DNA of 64,000 nt from an uncultured Candidatus Saccharibacteria bacterium (GTDB lineage Bacteria; Patescibacteriota; Minisyncoccia; Phycocordibacterales; UBA9973): positions 25,678-89,677 of the forward strand of contig CAZQSY010000003.1 of assembly GCA_964596395.1 (NCBI GenBank). The letters are read 5' to 3'. Shown here piece after piece: positions 17,174 to 27,113 of this stretch (positions are counted from its first letter, which is position 1; each line of letters begins with the position of its first letter). The position numbers and the translations under genes are program-made. The notes beneath the pieces are model-generated. The model did no database searches and was not told the DNA's origin. It saw nothing but the letters and a program-made list of their open reading frames with translations.

Positions 17174-17874
17174 GGTTTTGAAACGCTTTCGCTTCCCTTC
17201 TCCTCTGTCGCGCCTTCTTCGAGCTTAAAGGATTTCTTTATCCGTGAATCAAGCTCTTCAATATCGCGGAAGCCGGTCAAAACATCGTCCTCGATAACAA
17301 GCGCCGGCAATTCCGTATCCTTGATTTTGTAAATCTGGAGCATCGAGCGCACCGCCGAAAGGTCTATATTGAAATCAAAAGAATAAACGCGCAGGTCGCT
17401 ATATTTCTCGCGCAAGGCAGAGAGCACCAAACCTTCTTTCTCGCAGTCAGAGCACCTGTTCTTATCGGTGTAAAAATAAAGTATAAAAGCCGTTTTCTTG
17501 CCGCAACGCTCCGAAATTCTCTTGGAAAGCAGGTAATCTTTTATCTCTAACAGAGAGTAATATTTCTTTAAATACATAACTTCATCAGTCATACCAAGAT
17601 TTTTTTCACTCCATTCCAGTTTCTGCCCGAGCTCCGAGAGCTCCTGGGACAAAACAGAGTGGGAAATATTCTTACAGGAAAGCTCCGACAAGAGCGAATA
17701 CTGCGCCTCAGAGGAAAGAATGTCTATGGCGATATTGTCTTGTATCGATTTGAGCTGCTTCACCTTTCTGTCGCTGAGATAGCCGCTCAGGTAACTAGCC
17801 GATAAAAAAATACCGGCGGTAAACAAAAAAACTATTAAATATTTTTTCCAGTCAATGTTGTGTTCTGGGTGCAT
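17170..17874 (-). CDS. membrane-anchored thioredoxin-fold-like protein with a CxxC motif (hypothetical)
   Basis: N-terminal TM (LIVFLFTAGIFLSASYL). 'TAFILYFYTDKNRCSDCEK' is a CxxC motif in a beta-alpha context reminiscent of thioredoxin/DsbA. The assignment is weak. Confidence 0.3.
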   Translation of the reverse strand: MHPEHNIDWKKYLIVFLFTAGIFLSASYLSGYLSDRKVKQLKSIQDNIAIDILSSEAQYSLLSELSCKNISHSVLSQELSELGQKLEWSEKNLGMTDEVMYLKKYYSLLEIKDYLLSKRISERCGKKTAFILYFYTDKNRCSDCEKEGLVLSALREKYSDLRVYSFDFNIDLSAVRSMLQIYKIKDTELPALVIEDDVLTGFRDIEELDSRIKKSFKLEEGATEEKGSESVSKP

Positions 17875-17901
17875 GTTTTTTTCGTTTAAAACCGCCCTGG
17901 G

Positions 17902-19149
17902 TTACCTCCAGGACGGGCTTCTGGAAAGGAGTGTATTGTATACCGCCTTAATGAGCCAAAACGGACCAAAAATACTGAAAACAAAAAAATAATAAAATAT
18001 ACTCGAGGGAAAGGCCCACCGGCCTTCTACCATTCTTTTACCTAAAGTCACCGAAATGACCACCAGCGCATACAAAAGAAGAGACACGAAAAAGGCGGAT
18101 TTGGTATTTATGAAAAATGGGTCAAAGCGGGTTATGCCGGATAAGAAATAACCGAAACCGGCCGTCTTCCACTGTAAAATTTTTGAAAACAGGAAACTGC
18201 CTAAATTGTAGGCAGTCGTTCCTAAAATAAAACCTACGGAAAAAATAGAAATAATACCGGCCGGCACGGTAAAAAAAGAAAAGTTTCCGTATTTCCTGTT
18301 GAAAAGCATGTCCCGGTAATCAATCGTGTTGTTAATGAAACCGTAAATCCAGCGCAATCTTTGCTTAAAAAGTTTCCTTACTGTGGATGGCGTATTGGTG
18401 TAAACGTAGGCATCGTTGCATTGCTCTATGCGATAGCGGTGCCTCTGCATCCGGTAAGCGATTTCCATGTCTTCGGTGGTGTGAGCATGCCGGTACAAGC
18501 CCAGGTCGTCAAAAACTTTCCTGCGGAAAATAGTCAGGGGGCCGGGCGTCACATGAATAGCTCCGAGGAAGGATTGTACCTTTTTCACAAAAACCGACAT
18601 ATTATATTCAGCTTTCTGCGCCTTCTGCACCAAACTCCGGCTGTCGCCCGACAAGATTGAAGGCGTTACCGCCATGACTCCTGGGTCTTTTTCAAAATAA
18701 CTCATTATGCGCGCCAGGGCCTCCGGGTCGGCTACCGAGTCAGCATCCAAACAGCCCACAAACTCGGTATCTGAACGAAGGATACCGTAATTCAAAGCGG
18801 TGTACTTCCCGCCGTTTTCTTTGCGGAAAATCTGCACATTTTTGCGGCCGGAAAATCTAGAAATCCTCTCCCAGGTGCTGTCGGTAGAGCCGTCGTCTAT
18901 TAAAAAAATTTTCAGCTTATCCTTCGGATAGCGAAGTCCGAGCAGCGAACAGACGGTGCGATAGACCGTTTGTTCTTCATTCCAACAAGGAACGATAACA
19001 GTAACCGATGGATACTTGCCCAGTTTTATCTGGCTGTTTCTCCTCACTATTTTTTTGCGGTTTTCTAAAAAGGTAATCAAAAAGAATACCTGCACGTAAA
19101 CAGACAAAAAAACCAATATGTAAAAAAGCGCGCTTGAAATTGAAGCCAT
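17902..19149 (-). CDS. family-2 glycosyltransferase, processive type (chitin/cellulose/NodC-like synthase) with flanking TM helices
   Basis: 'VTVIVPCWNEE', 'LIDDGSTD', 'GCLDADSV' (DxD motif), 'QRLRWIYG' (the Q-x-x-RW motif of processive GT2 enzymes). N- and C-terminal TM segments. Confidence 0.8.
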   Translation of the reverse strand: MASISSALFYILVFLSVYVQVFFLITFLENRKKIVRRNSQIKLGKYPSVTVIVPCWNEEQTVYRTVCSLLGLRYPKDKLKIFLIDDGSTDSTWERISRFSGRKNVQIFRKENGGKYTALNYGILRSDTEFVGCLDADSVADPEALARIMSYFEKDPGVMAVTPSILSGDSRSLVQKAQKAEYNMSVFVKKVQSFLGAIHVTPGPLTIFRRKVFDDLGLYRHAHTTEDMEIAYRMQRHRYRIEQCNDAYVYTNTPSTVRKLFKQRLRWIYGFINNTIDYRDMLFNRKYGNFSFFTVPAGIISIFSVGFILGTTAYNLGSFLFSKILQWKTAGFGYFLSGITRFDPFFINTKSAFFVSLLLYALVVISVTLGKRMVEGRWAFPSSIFYYFFVFSIFGPFWLIKAVYNTLLSRSPSWR

Positions 19150-19202
19150 GTTTTACCGGCAAAACCGCGCAAAAACCGCGGGATTCCTTATATTATAGCA
19201 TA

Positions 19203-19240
19203 AAAATCAAAACTCCGCCACCTTTTTCAGGCCGGCGGAG
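19203..19240 (-). terminator. intrinsic terminator downstream of the DUF378 gene
   Basis: On the minus strand, the hairpin CTCCGCC-(14 nt)-GGCGGAG is followed by UUUUGAUUUUU. Confidence 0.4.
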
Positions 19241-19267
19241 CTTTGAAAAACGCTGAGTATTCTTTAA

Positions 19268-19564
19268 CTACATACTGCTTCCTTGCCCGCCGTCTTGCTT
19301 TGGCTCACAAACCCCGTCTTTGCATTTTTCACACCCGCAACCAAATATCGTCATCACACCCGCCACACCGACAAGCAAATAAACCAGCGCTTCAACAAGC
19401 GGAACCGAACCGAGCAGCATACCGACTATGTTCCATCCGCTGTAACTTCCAAGGAACATACCGAGGCCAACTAGACCCCAGTTTACGGCACCTACGACAA
19501 CCAGCACCTTGACCAAAACGCTCACGGTGCAACCCCACTTGCCGCAGCAATATCCTTTACACAT
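19268..19564 (-). CDS. DUF378-family small membrane protein with Cys-rich termini
   Basis: 'VVGAVNWGLVGLGMF...WNIVGMLLG' matches the DUF378 pattern. Cys clusters MCKGYCCGKWGC and CGCEKCKDGVC lie at the termini. Confidence 0.55.
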   Translation of the reverse strand: MCKGYCCGKWGCTVSVLVKVLVVVGAVNWGLVGLGMFLGSYSGWNIVGMLLGSVPLVEALVYLLVGVAGVMTIFGCGCEKCKDGVCEPKQDGGQGSSM

Positions 19565-19596
19565 AGTTTTTTGTTTTTAATTATTTATAATTTTCA

Positions 19597-19616
19597 ACCT
19601 GCCTGCCGACAGGCAG
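19597..19616. repeat. REP-1 palindrome copy 2 (CCTGCCTGCCGACAGGCAGG, 1 substitution)
   Basis: Intergenic, about 100 bp upstream of the RAYT-like transposase gene. Confidence 0.75.
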
Positions 19617-19663
19617 GGACCCTTCACGGTACATATTATACCACGACTTCGTTTTCTTTAGTT

Positions 19664-19690
19664 AAAATGAGCAAGGACTCCCCTTGCTCA
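19664..19690 (+). repeat. 27-bp hairpin repeat, left copy (AAAATGAGCAAGGACTCCCCTTGCTCA; 9-bp stem, 5-nt loop)
   Basis: Identical to 20394-20420, in direct orientation, flanking the Y1 transposase gene. Confidence 0.85.
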
Positions 19691-19719
19691 AGATGGGAGT
19701 AAAATTATATAATTGAAGG

Positions 19720-20394
19720 ATGTATAGAAAAACCCCATTTGCAGAAAATGAGCATTATCACATCTATGACAGAGGAGTGGAAAAGCGCAAAATTTTTCTT
19801 TCAAAAAAAGATTATCAGCGCTTTGTGGCCCTCCTGTACATTATGAATCAGGACGAGTCGTTCAGAATGGACAATTTTTTGCGCGAAGAAGAAAACAAGC
19901 TAGGCAATATATTCAACGAAGAAAGGAGCAAAACCCTGGTCGCCGTTTTAGGTTATTGCCTAATGCCAAACCATTTTCATTTGATTCTATATGAAAAGAG
20001 GGAAGGGGGTATAAGTAAATTTATGGCCAAACTTTTAACCGCTTACTCAATGTACTTCAACACAAAATATGAAAGAAGCGGCCCGCTCTTTACCCGACCT
20101 TTCAGGTCAGAATATATAGATAACGAACCGCAATTTATGTATATATTCTCGTATGTGCACTTGAATCCTCTTTCAGTCTTAGACAGAAAGTGGAAAGAAA
20201 ATGGCATAAAAAACAGAGACGAAGCGGAGAAATTTCTGGAAAATTATGATTACTCCAGTTATCAGGACTTCCTTAGTGCAGAAAGAGTAGAATCAAAAAT
20301 CGTTGACTTTTCTCTTGTGCCGAAATATATAAAAAACATGAGAATGGATTTAGACACGCAAGAAAAAAACCTGAGCATAAATGACGAGAGGTGA
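19720..20394 (+). CDS. HuH Y1 transposase of the IS200-like / REP-associated tyrosine transposase (RAYT, PF01797-like) family
   Basis: 'YHIYDRGVEKRKIFLSKKDYQRFVALL' matches the 'YHVtqRG..r..IF.ddeD...fl.lL' pattern. 'GYCLMPNHFHLIL' is the HuH motif. 'FMYIFSYVHLNPL' places the catalytic Tyr in the Y-x-x-x-NP context. At 224 aa it is longer than classic IS200 TnpA. Confidence 0.7.
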   Translation: MYRKTPFAENEHYHIYDRGVEKRKIFLSKKDYQRFVALLYIMNQDESFRMDNFLREEENKLGNIFNEERSKTLVAVLGYCLMPNHFHLILYEKREGGISKFMAKLLTAYSMYFNTKYERSGPLFTRPFRSEYIDNEPQFMYIFSYVHLNPLSVLDRKWKENGIKNRDEAEKFLENYDYSSYQDFLSAERVESKIVDFSLVPKYIKNMRMDLDTQEKNLSINDER

Positions 20395-20420
20395 AAATGA
20401 GCAAGGACTCCCCTTGCTCA
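20394..20420 (+). repeat. 27-bp hairpin repeat, right copy
   Basis: Identical to 19664-19690. Confidence 0.85.
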
Positions 20421-20432
20421 TTTTGTACGCTT

Positions 20433-21614
20433 TTAGTCAAAGTAATTCTTCAGCCGGGCGATTTTTTCGTGCTGGCGCAGTTTCTCATGCACTTTTGCCT
20501 CAATCTGGCGGATGCGTTCGCGAGTCACGCCAAATCTTTCCCCGACATTCTCTAACGTGTGCTGAATACCGTCTTTCAGGCCGTAGCGCATTTCTAAAAT
20601 TTCCCGCTCCTTGTCTGAAAGCTCAGCGAGTACTTCGCGAATCTGGTCAGAAAGAATTCTCCTAGACGACTCCTGGTCGGGACGCAGGATTTTGTCGTCC
20701 GGAATGAAGTTTTCCAGAGTGGACTTGTCGTCATCATCCCCTACCGGCTGTTCCAAGGATATAGTATCCTGGCTGATGCTTTCAATGGTGTGAATTTTCT
20801 CCACCGGCACGCCCATTTCGGTGGCAATCTCTTCGGCCAGGGGCTCCCGGCCCAAATCCTGCGAAAGTTTTCTGTAAACCTGTTTGTATTTGGAAATCGT
20901 TTCCACCATGTGCACCGGTATGCGGATGGTTCTGGACTGGTCGGCCAGCGCGCGGGTTATAGATTGTCGAATCCACCAAGTGGCATAAGTCGAAAACTTG
21001 TAGCCCTTGGTCCAGTCGAATTTTTCCACTGCCTTAAACAGGCCCAGATTGCCTTCTTGGATAAGGTCAAGGAGTGAAAGGTTGGCGGAGCGGCCGACAT
21101 ATTTCTTGGCAATAGACACAACTAAGCGCAGGTTTGCCCTAGCCAGCAGATTTTTCGCCTCCACATCCCCCGCTTCTATGCGCTTAGCAAGTTCTTTTTC
21201 GTCCACCGCGTGAATAAGCGAATACTGCCCGATTTCCTTCAGATACATCTGTATCGAATCATGCGTAGAGGATTTAGAGAGTTCTTTGTCTAGGGTATCT
21301 TCTTCAAGGTTGAGCAAATTCCCGCCTTCGAGCACGTCCACCCCGGCCGCAGAAAACTTCTCGTACAGCTCATCCAAAAAGAGAATATTGTTCTCTATAT
21401 CCGGAAAGGTCTTTAATATTTCGTCGTAAGTAACGAACCCCCTCTTTCTGCCTTTCTCTAAGAGAATCAAGGACAACCTGCTAAATTCGTCGGCCTTCTT
21501 AGCGGAAACGGACGGCCTGAGGGATTTTGTTTTCTTCGCCTCTTTCTTTTTTGAAATTTTTTTCTTCGTTTTTTTTCTGCCGGACTTCAATTTTTTGCTC
21601 GTTTTTTTCTTCAT
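20433..21614 (-). CDS. rpoD: RNA polymerase primary sigma factor (sigma-70)
   Basis: Lys-rich N-terminus. '[16 protein letters not shown]' is region 1.2. '[39 protein letters not shown]' is region 2. '[23 protein letters not shown]' is region 4. Confidence 0.9.
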   Translation of the reverse strand: MKKKTSKKLKSGRKKTKKKISKKKEAKKTKSLRPSVSAKKADEFSRLSLILLEKGRKRGFVTYDEILKTFPDIENNILFLDELYEKFSAAGVDVLEGGNLLNLEEDTLDKELSKSSTHDSIQMYLKEIGQYSLIHAVDEKELAKRIEAGDVEAKNLLARANLRLVVSIAKKYVGRSANLSLLDLIQEGNLGLFKAVEKFDWTKGYKFSTYATWWIRQSITRALADQSRTIRIPVHMVETISKYKQVYRKLSQDLGREPLAEEIATEMGVPVEKIHTIESISQDTISLEQPVGDDDDKSTLENFIPDDKILRPDQESSRRILSDQIREVLAELSDKEREILEMRYGLKDGIQHTLENVGERFGVTRERIRQIEAKVHEKLRQHEKIARLKNYFD

Positions 21615-21628
21615 TGTGTTTATTTTTT

Positions 21629-23488
21629 TTAAACGACCGTTTTTAATTCTTGTATCTTTTTGTTTATCTCGTTTATTTCCCGCAAAATTTTCTCCGCTCC
21701 TTCTTTCTCTGCCCTTGATTCCATTCCGTGCAGCGCGTTCATTTTGGATGCAAGCGTCTCCCTCAAATGTTCTAAAACAAAATTCCGCGCGAGCTCGTCA
21801 AAATCTTTTCTGATGTCGACATCCCCTCCATAAAAAACCTCCGCTTCAAAAATTAAATCACCTTCGTTCTCCTGCGTACCCGAAAAAATTTCTTCTGCCT
21901 TGCATCCTAGCATATCCGAAATTTTATCAAGCACCTCCTCTACATTTATGGCCGGTTCGGGTAATTTTTTTTGCCACAAAATTATTCCCAAAATCCTTTG
22001 CTTGATATAGTCCTTTCTGGAGGGAAAATTTTTCGTTTCTCCGGTTCCGCTCCTTCCCCCCGTTTCGGCCGAAGAACCTTTTTCTTTTTCCAACCCGGCT
22101 AAATCCTCACGCAAAGCGCTTTCGCTGATTCCCGACAAGTCAGCGATTTTTTTGATGAACACGTCTCTTTCGATACGGCTCGGAAGTTCCAGAACGTACG
22201 GCAATACTTTTTCCCTTATTCCCCGGCCGGCCTTACGCGCATCTTTCCCGCTTTCCTTAAGTACCGCCCGCAAAACGAATTCTATTATGTGACAAGAATC
22301 GCGCACGGCTTTCTTCCAAGCATCCGGCCCTAATTTAGAAATGACGTCTGCCGGGTCCATACCTTCGGGTATAGAGGCAATTTTCACATCCATCCCCAAA
22401 GATAGCGCGATTCTGCCGGCCCGCATAGCGGCACCAAAACCGGCCTTATCCGCATCAAAGGAAAGAATAATATTCTGCGAAAGCCGCCCCAGAAGCCCTA
22501 GTCCCGAAACAGACTTTTCTCGGGAACGTTCTTCTTCCGAGGAAATTTTTGAAATCGTGGATTCCGACAAGGCAGTGCCCGAAGTGGCCACGGTATTTCT
22601 GAAGCCCGCCTGATGTGAAAGCAGCAAGTCCATCTGTCCTTCGACCATAATCGAGAAATTATTTCTGCGTATTGAATCCTTGGCTTTGTCTAAACCGTAC
22701 AAAACCGAGGACTTGTTGAAAATCGGCGTTTCCGGACTGTTCAGATATTTGGCCTGACTTATCACCTGCCTGCCGCCTGCCTGTCCGGTAGACAGGGCAG
22801 GCAGGTCGTCTTTAAAAATCCTGCCCGAAAAAGCTATTACTCGGCCGCTCGAATCGGAAATCGGGAAAACAATTCGCCCGCGAAACCTGTCGTAAAAACC
22901 CGAGCCGTTGTCAGCTTTTTTGATAAGCCCCGCTTGCTCCATTTCTTTCTCAGAAAAACCGAGGGTCTTCAGATGAGAAAAAAGCGCCCGCCATTCTTCC
23001 TGCGCCCAACCCAGTTTGAATTCCTTTATAGTGGAGTCCTTAAGTCCTCTATCTCTCAAGTATTTAAGCGCCTCTTCGTTTTGCCAAAGATTTTTTTCAA
23101 AGAACCCGGCCGATTCCAAAACCGCACGGTATAGTCTATCTTTTTCGCCTTCTTTTTCCTGATTCCATTCACGAAGAGATATGCCGGCACGGTCAGCGAG
23201 CACTTTGAGCGCTCCCCGAAAATCAAGCCCCTCAAACTCTTCCACAAAAGAAAATATATCCCCCTTCGCCCCGCAGCCGAAACAATAGTAGCTCCCGCGG
23301 TCGGGCGACACGAAGAAAGAAGGAGTTTTTTCGCTGTGAAAGGGACACCTTGCTTTTAGGTTCTTGCCCGCTTTTTCCAATTTCAGATATGAAGAAACCA
23401 CTTCTTCTATAGAGAGCCTCTCCTTGATTTGTTCCGCAGGAGAAATCATCGCTTTTTTTGTTTGGCGAAAAAAATTTCCGTCAGCCAC
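21629..23488 (-). CDS. dnaG: DNA primase
   Basis: CHC2 zinc finger '[30 protein letters not shown]'. TOPRIM motifs '[10 protein letters not shown]' and '[11 protein letters not shown]'. '[11 protein letters not shown]' is also present. There is a 16-aa insertion encoded by the REP-like palindrome (see findings). Confidence 0.9.
   Translation of the reverse strand: MADGNFFRQTKKAMISPAEQIKERLSIEEVVSSYLKLEKAGKNLKARCPFHSEKTPSFFVSPDRGSYYCFGCGAKGDIFSFVEEFEGLDFRGALKVLADRAGISLREWNQEKEGEKDRLYRAVLESAGFFEKNLWQNEEALKYLRDRGLKDSTIKEFKLGWAQEEWRALFSHLKTLGFSEKEMEQAGLIKKADNGSGFYDRFRGRIVFPISDSSGRVIAFSGRIFKDDLPALSTGQAGGRQVISQAKYLNSPETPIFNKSSVLYGLDKAKDSIRRNNFSIMVEGQMDLLLSHQAGFRNTVATSGTALSESTISKISSEEERSREKSVSGLGLLGRLSQNIILSFDADKAGFGAAMRAGRIALSLGMDVKIASIPEGMDPADVISKLGPDAWKKAVRDSCHIIEFVLRAVLKESGKDARKAGRGIREKVLPYVLELPSRIERDVFIKKIADLSGISESALREDLAGLEKEKGSSAETGGRSGTGETKNFPSRKDYIKQRILGIILWQKKLPEPAINVEEVLDKISDMLGCKAEEIFSGTQENEGDLIFEAEVFYGGDVDIRKDFDELARNFVLEHLRETLASKMNALHGMESRAEKEGAEKILREINEINKKIQELKTVV
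22765..22805. repeat. REP-1 palindrome copy 3, expanded imperfect variant (CCTGCCTGCCGCCTGCCTGTCCGGTAGACAGGGCAGGCAGG), in-frame inside dnaG
   Basis: Read on the minus strand it encodes [16 protein letters not shown] within DnaG. Confidence 0.75.
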
Positions 23489-23512
23489 ACTCGGAAAATT
23501 TCTTCCACTTTC

Positions 23513-26500
23513 TTAATTTTTTTGCTTCTTAAATCCCGTTCCGGCGGGGATTAGTCGGCCGATTATTACGTTCTCTTTAAGACCGCGCAACGAGTCAATC
23601 CCACCCTTGACGGCATTTTCTATCAAGACGCGGTTAGTGTTCTGGAATGACGCAGCCGAGAGCCAGCTCTTGGTGCGCAAAGAAACTTCAGTGATGCCGA
23701 GCACGATTGTTTCTGCCTTCGCTTCTTTCTCACCCAAGGCCAGTACTCTCCTGTTTTCTTCTATAAGTTCGGTATTTTCCACTACATCGCCGGCCGAAAA
23801 GGTGGTCTCCCCCGCGTCTTTGATTTTCCTTCTGGAAAACATTTGACGGATTATTATTTCCGTATGCTTGCGGGCAATCGACGCGCTTTGTAATTCATAA
23901 ACCTTGTTTATTTCGCGGGCGATGTATTCCTCAACCATTTCTTTAGTGCCGCTCTTGAACATCTCGGTAATATCCGCCGAGCCGTCGGTCAGAAGCTCTC
24001 CTTTTTTGACTTTTTGCCCGACTTTTACTATCGGAGTCCTGCGGAAAGGAACCGTGTATTCTATCTCCTTCGATTTCTTGTCTCCCTCTTCCGGGTCTGA
24101 AAGAACTTTGATTATTTTTTCCTTTTCATCTTTGTCCTTTATCTCAAAAACCTCTCCATTCGTCTTGGAAATTACGGCCGGATTCTTTGGAATTCTTCTT
24201 TCAAAGATTTCTTCCACGCGGGGTAAACCAGTGGTGATGTCGGTACCGGCCACGCCTCCGGCGTGGAAGGTGCGCAGGGTAAGCTGAGTTCCCGGCTCGC
24301 CGATGGCCTGAGCCGCGACAATACCAACCGCCTCGCCCATATCTACCAGACGGTTGCGGCCCAAATCGAGCCCGTAGCACATCTGGCATATTCCGTGAAC
24401 AGTTTTACAAGTAAGGGGCGAACGCACAAAGACCTCTTCAAAACCAGCTCCCTCTATGTTGGCCGCTTCTTCCTTGGTTATAAGGAAGCCCCTCTTGTAC
24501 ACAACCTTGCCGTCTTTATCTTTCAAATCCGAAGCTAGGATGCGTCCGCGGATATTCTTGGAAAGCGGTATTTCTATCCCGGAAATATTTTCCCGCGTCA
24601 CCATTTTTCCTTCCTTGGTGCCGCAGTCCTCCTCGGTTATCACAACGTCTTGCGCGACATCCACCAACCGGCGGGTAAGGTATCCGGCCTTGGCAGTGTT
24701 CAAGGCGGTGTCGGAAGCGCCTTTTCTGGCGCCGTGAGTAGTGACGAAATACTCTATCGGAGAAAGCCCTTCCTTGTATGAAGGTATAACCGGAAATTCC
24801 AAAGTTTTACCCTGGTTGTTTTGAATCAGGCCTTTCATTCCGGTCACCTGCATCAGCTGACCCATGCTGCCTCTGGCTCCCGACGTTAAAAGGTCGAAAG
24901 CCGAACCGTTTTTATCTAAGGTTTTCGGGAGAATTTTCTCCATGTCTTTCTTGGCCTGGGTCCAGATTTCTATTATTTTCTGATACCTTTCTTCTTCCGA
25001 CAAAAGACCTTCCTTCCATTGAGATATTATTTCTTCCTCTCTTTTTCGGCTATCCGCGACTATTTTCTCCTTTTCCGCCGGCACGTTCACGTTATCGAGT
25101 CCCCAGGTAGTCCCAGAAAAAGTAGAATACTTGAAGCCAAACTGCTTTATTTTGTCCAGAACCGGAGGAGTGTTATCCACTCCGTAATACATAATTAATT
25201 CATCTACTAAGGAAGACAATCTCTTCTGGTTCATCTCGTCACCGATGTAAGCAAAATCGGAAGGCAGAATACTGTTGAACAAAAGCTTGCCCACAGAGGT
25301 TTCAAAAAGTTCTCCGGAAAATTTCTTGTATTTCACCGTATCGGTGGCCAAAACCTTAATTTTGGCGCGGATAGAGAGAACCCCGTATTCGTAGGCCGTG
25401 ATAGCGGCATTCGGGCTGGAAAAATATTTCCCTTCGCCTTTCTCGCCGTCCACCGCTTTCGTCATCCAATAAACGCCTAGTACTATGTCTCTCGAGGGGT
25501 GCACAATCGGGTCGCCGTTTTGTGGCTTGAGCAGATTTTTGTTGGCCGCCATTAATTCCCGCGCTTCGGACTGCGCTTCATCCAAAAGCGGCACGTATAC
25601 GGCCATCTGGTCGCCGTCAAAGTCAGCATTGAAAGCCGTGCACACCAGCGGATGCACCCGAACAGCGTTGCCTTCTATAAGCACCGGGTTAAAGGCCTGA
25701 ATGCCTAATCGGTGCAAAGTCGGCGCGCGGTTTAGGAGCACGTACTTTCCCTGAATCACTTCTTCCAGCATCGCCCACACTTCCGGAGTGCGTTCTTCTA
25801 TCAATTTATTCGCCCCGCGGATGTTGAAGGCGAGTTCCGCCTGCAAAATTTTCGAAATTACGAAAGGCCGGAAAAGCTCCAAAGCCATGTGTTTCGGCAA
25901 GCCGCACTGGTTGAGATTCAGTTCCGGGCCGACCACAATGACGGACCTGCCTGAATAGTCCACCCGTTTACCGAGCAGATTCTGCCGGAAAAGGCCCTGC
26001 TTTGATTTCAAATTATCCGAAAGGGATTTCAGCGGGCGCTTCTGCGACTGGCTCATGGCCGCGCTTTCGTTTTGCTTCGCGATAGAGTTGTCTATCAGCG
26101 CGTCCACGGCCTCTTGGATGATTCTTTTTTCGTTTCGCAAAATTACATCCGGCGCGTTTATTTCCTTCAGTTTCTTCAGCCGGTTGTTGCGGTTGATTAC
26201 TCGGCGGTACAGATCGTTCAAGTCAGAGGTCGCGTGCCGTCCGCCGTCAAGCGCCACCATCGGGCGAAGCACCGGCGGTATAACCGGAATCACGGTGAGA
26301 AACATCCATTCCGGCCGAATGTCGGCGTAAATCATTGATCGTATCAGGGAAAGCCGTTTTTGCAGTTTCTCTTTTTCAACTGCGCTCGATTTTTCAAGCA
26401 TCTTCTCGGTATGCGCTTTCAGCTTATTCAGATCGAGATTCTTGAAAATCGAATATATCGCCTCGGCTCCGATGTTTGCTTCGAAACAAGTGCCGTACTT

Positions 26501-27109
26501 CAGCGAATAATGATGGAAGGAAATTTCGTTCAACACTTTCCCTTCGTAGATTTCCTGTATTTCTTTCTTGCTGTTGGTGAAAAGATTTTTCAGTTTCTCC
26601 TTGGTGTCGGCGTCGGCGGAAGTTTTCAGCTTGGTCTTGTATTCCTTTTCCAAATTCTGCAGAACGGATTCTTTTTCTTCTTCGTGGACTTTGGTGATTA
26701 TATAGCCGGCGAAGTAAATGACTTTTTCTAGGTCGGTAACGGAAATGTTTAAAAGGGTGCTCATCCTCGAAGGCACGCCTCGCAAAAACCAAATATGGGC
26801 CACGGGGGTAGAGAGTTCTATGTGACCCATGCGCTCCCGGCGGACGATGGAACGAGTAACTTCCACTCCGCACTTCTCGCAGATGATATCCTTGTAGCGA
26901 ATACGGCGGTATTTTCCGCAGTAGCATTCATAGTCCTTTTCCGGCCCGAATATTTTCTCGTCAAACAATCCGCCGCGCTCGCTTCGGCCGGTGCGGTAAT
27001 TAATCGTCTCCGGCTTGGTCACTTCTCCGTATGACCACTCTTTTATTTTCTCGGGGGAAGCGAGTCTAAGCGTGATGTAATCAAAATCAGTTTTGTTTAA
27101 AGTTTTCAT
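23513..27109 (-). CDS. rpoC: DNA-directed RNA polymerase subunit beta'
   Basis: Zn-binding 'CYCGKYRRIRYKDIICEKCGVEV', catalytic 'NADFDGDQMAV', 1198 aa. It follows rpoB on the same strand. Confidence 0.95.
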   Translation of the reverse strand: MKTLNKTDFDYITLRLASPEKIKEWSYGEVTKPETINYRTGRSERGGLFDEKIFGPEKDYECYCGKYRRIRYKDIICEKCGVEVTRSIVRRERMGHIELSTPVAHIWFLRGVPSRMSTLLNISVTDLEKVIYFAGYIITKVHEEEKESVLQNLEKEYKTKLKTSADADTKEKLKNLFTNSKKEIQEIYEGKVLNEISFHHYSLKYGTCFEANIGAEAIYSIFKNLDLNKLKAHTEKMLEKSSAVEKEKLQKRLSLIRSMIYADIRPEWMFLTVIPVIPPVLRPMVALDGGRHATSDLNDLYRRVINRNNRLKKLKEINAPDVILRNEKRIIQEAVDALIDNSIAKQNESAAMSQSQKRPLKSLSDNLKSKQGLFRQNLLGKRVDYSGRSVIVVGPELNLNQCGLPKHMALELFRPFVISKILQAELAFNIRGANKLIEERTPEVWAMLEEVIQGKYVLLNRAPTLHRLGIQAFNPVLIEGNAVRVHPLVCTAFNADFDGDQMAVYVPLLDEAQSEARELMAANKNLLKPQNGDPIVHPSRDIVLGVYWMTKAVDGEKGEGKYFSSPNAAITAYEYGVLSIRAKIKVLATDTVKYKKFSGELFETSVGKLLFNSILPSDFAYIGDEMNQKRLSSLVDELIMYYGVDNTPPVLDKIKQFGFKYSTFSGTTWGLDNVNVPAEKEKIVADSRKREEEIISQWKEGLLSEEERYQKIIEIWTQAKKDMEKILPKTLDKNGSAFDLLTSGARGSMGQLMQVTGMKGLIQNNQGKTLEFPVIPSYKEGLSPIEYFVTTHGARKGASDTALNTAKAGYLTRRLVDVAQDVVITEEDCGTKEGKMVTRENISGIEIPLSKNIRGRILASDLKDKDGKVVYKRGFLITKEEAANIEGAGFEEVFVRSPLTCKTVHGICQMCYGLDLGRNRLVDMGEAVGIVAAQAIGEPGTQLTLRTFHAGGVAGTDITTGLPRVEEIFERRIPKNPAVISKTNGEVFEIKDKDEKEKIIKVLSDPEEGDKKSKEIEYTVPFRRTPIVKVGQKVKKGELLTDGSADITEMFKSGTKEMVEEYIAREINKVYELQSASIARKHTEIIIRQMFSRRKIKDAGETTFSAGDVVENTELIEENRRVLALGEKEAKAETIVLGITEVSLRTKSWLSAASFQNTNRVLIENAVKGGIDSLRGLKENVIIGRLIPAGTGFKKQKN

Positions 27110-27113
27110 ATTT

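Larger units (their letters stand above)
19664..20420 (+). mobile_element. putative RAYT / IS200-like unit bounded by identical hairpin repeats
   Basis: Transposase CDS flanked by two identical 27-bp hairpin-forming repeats. The right copy begins at the stop codon. A REP-1 copy lies 50 bp to the left. Confidence 0.5.
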
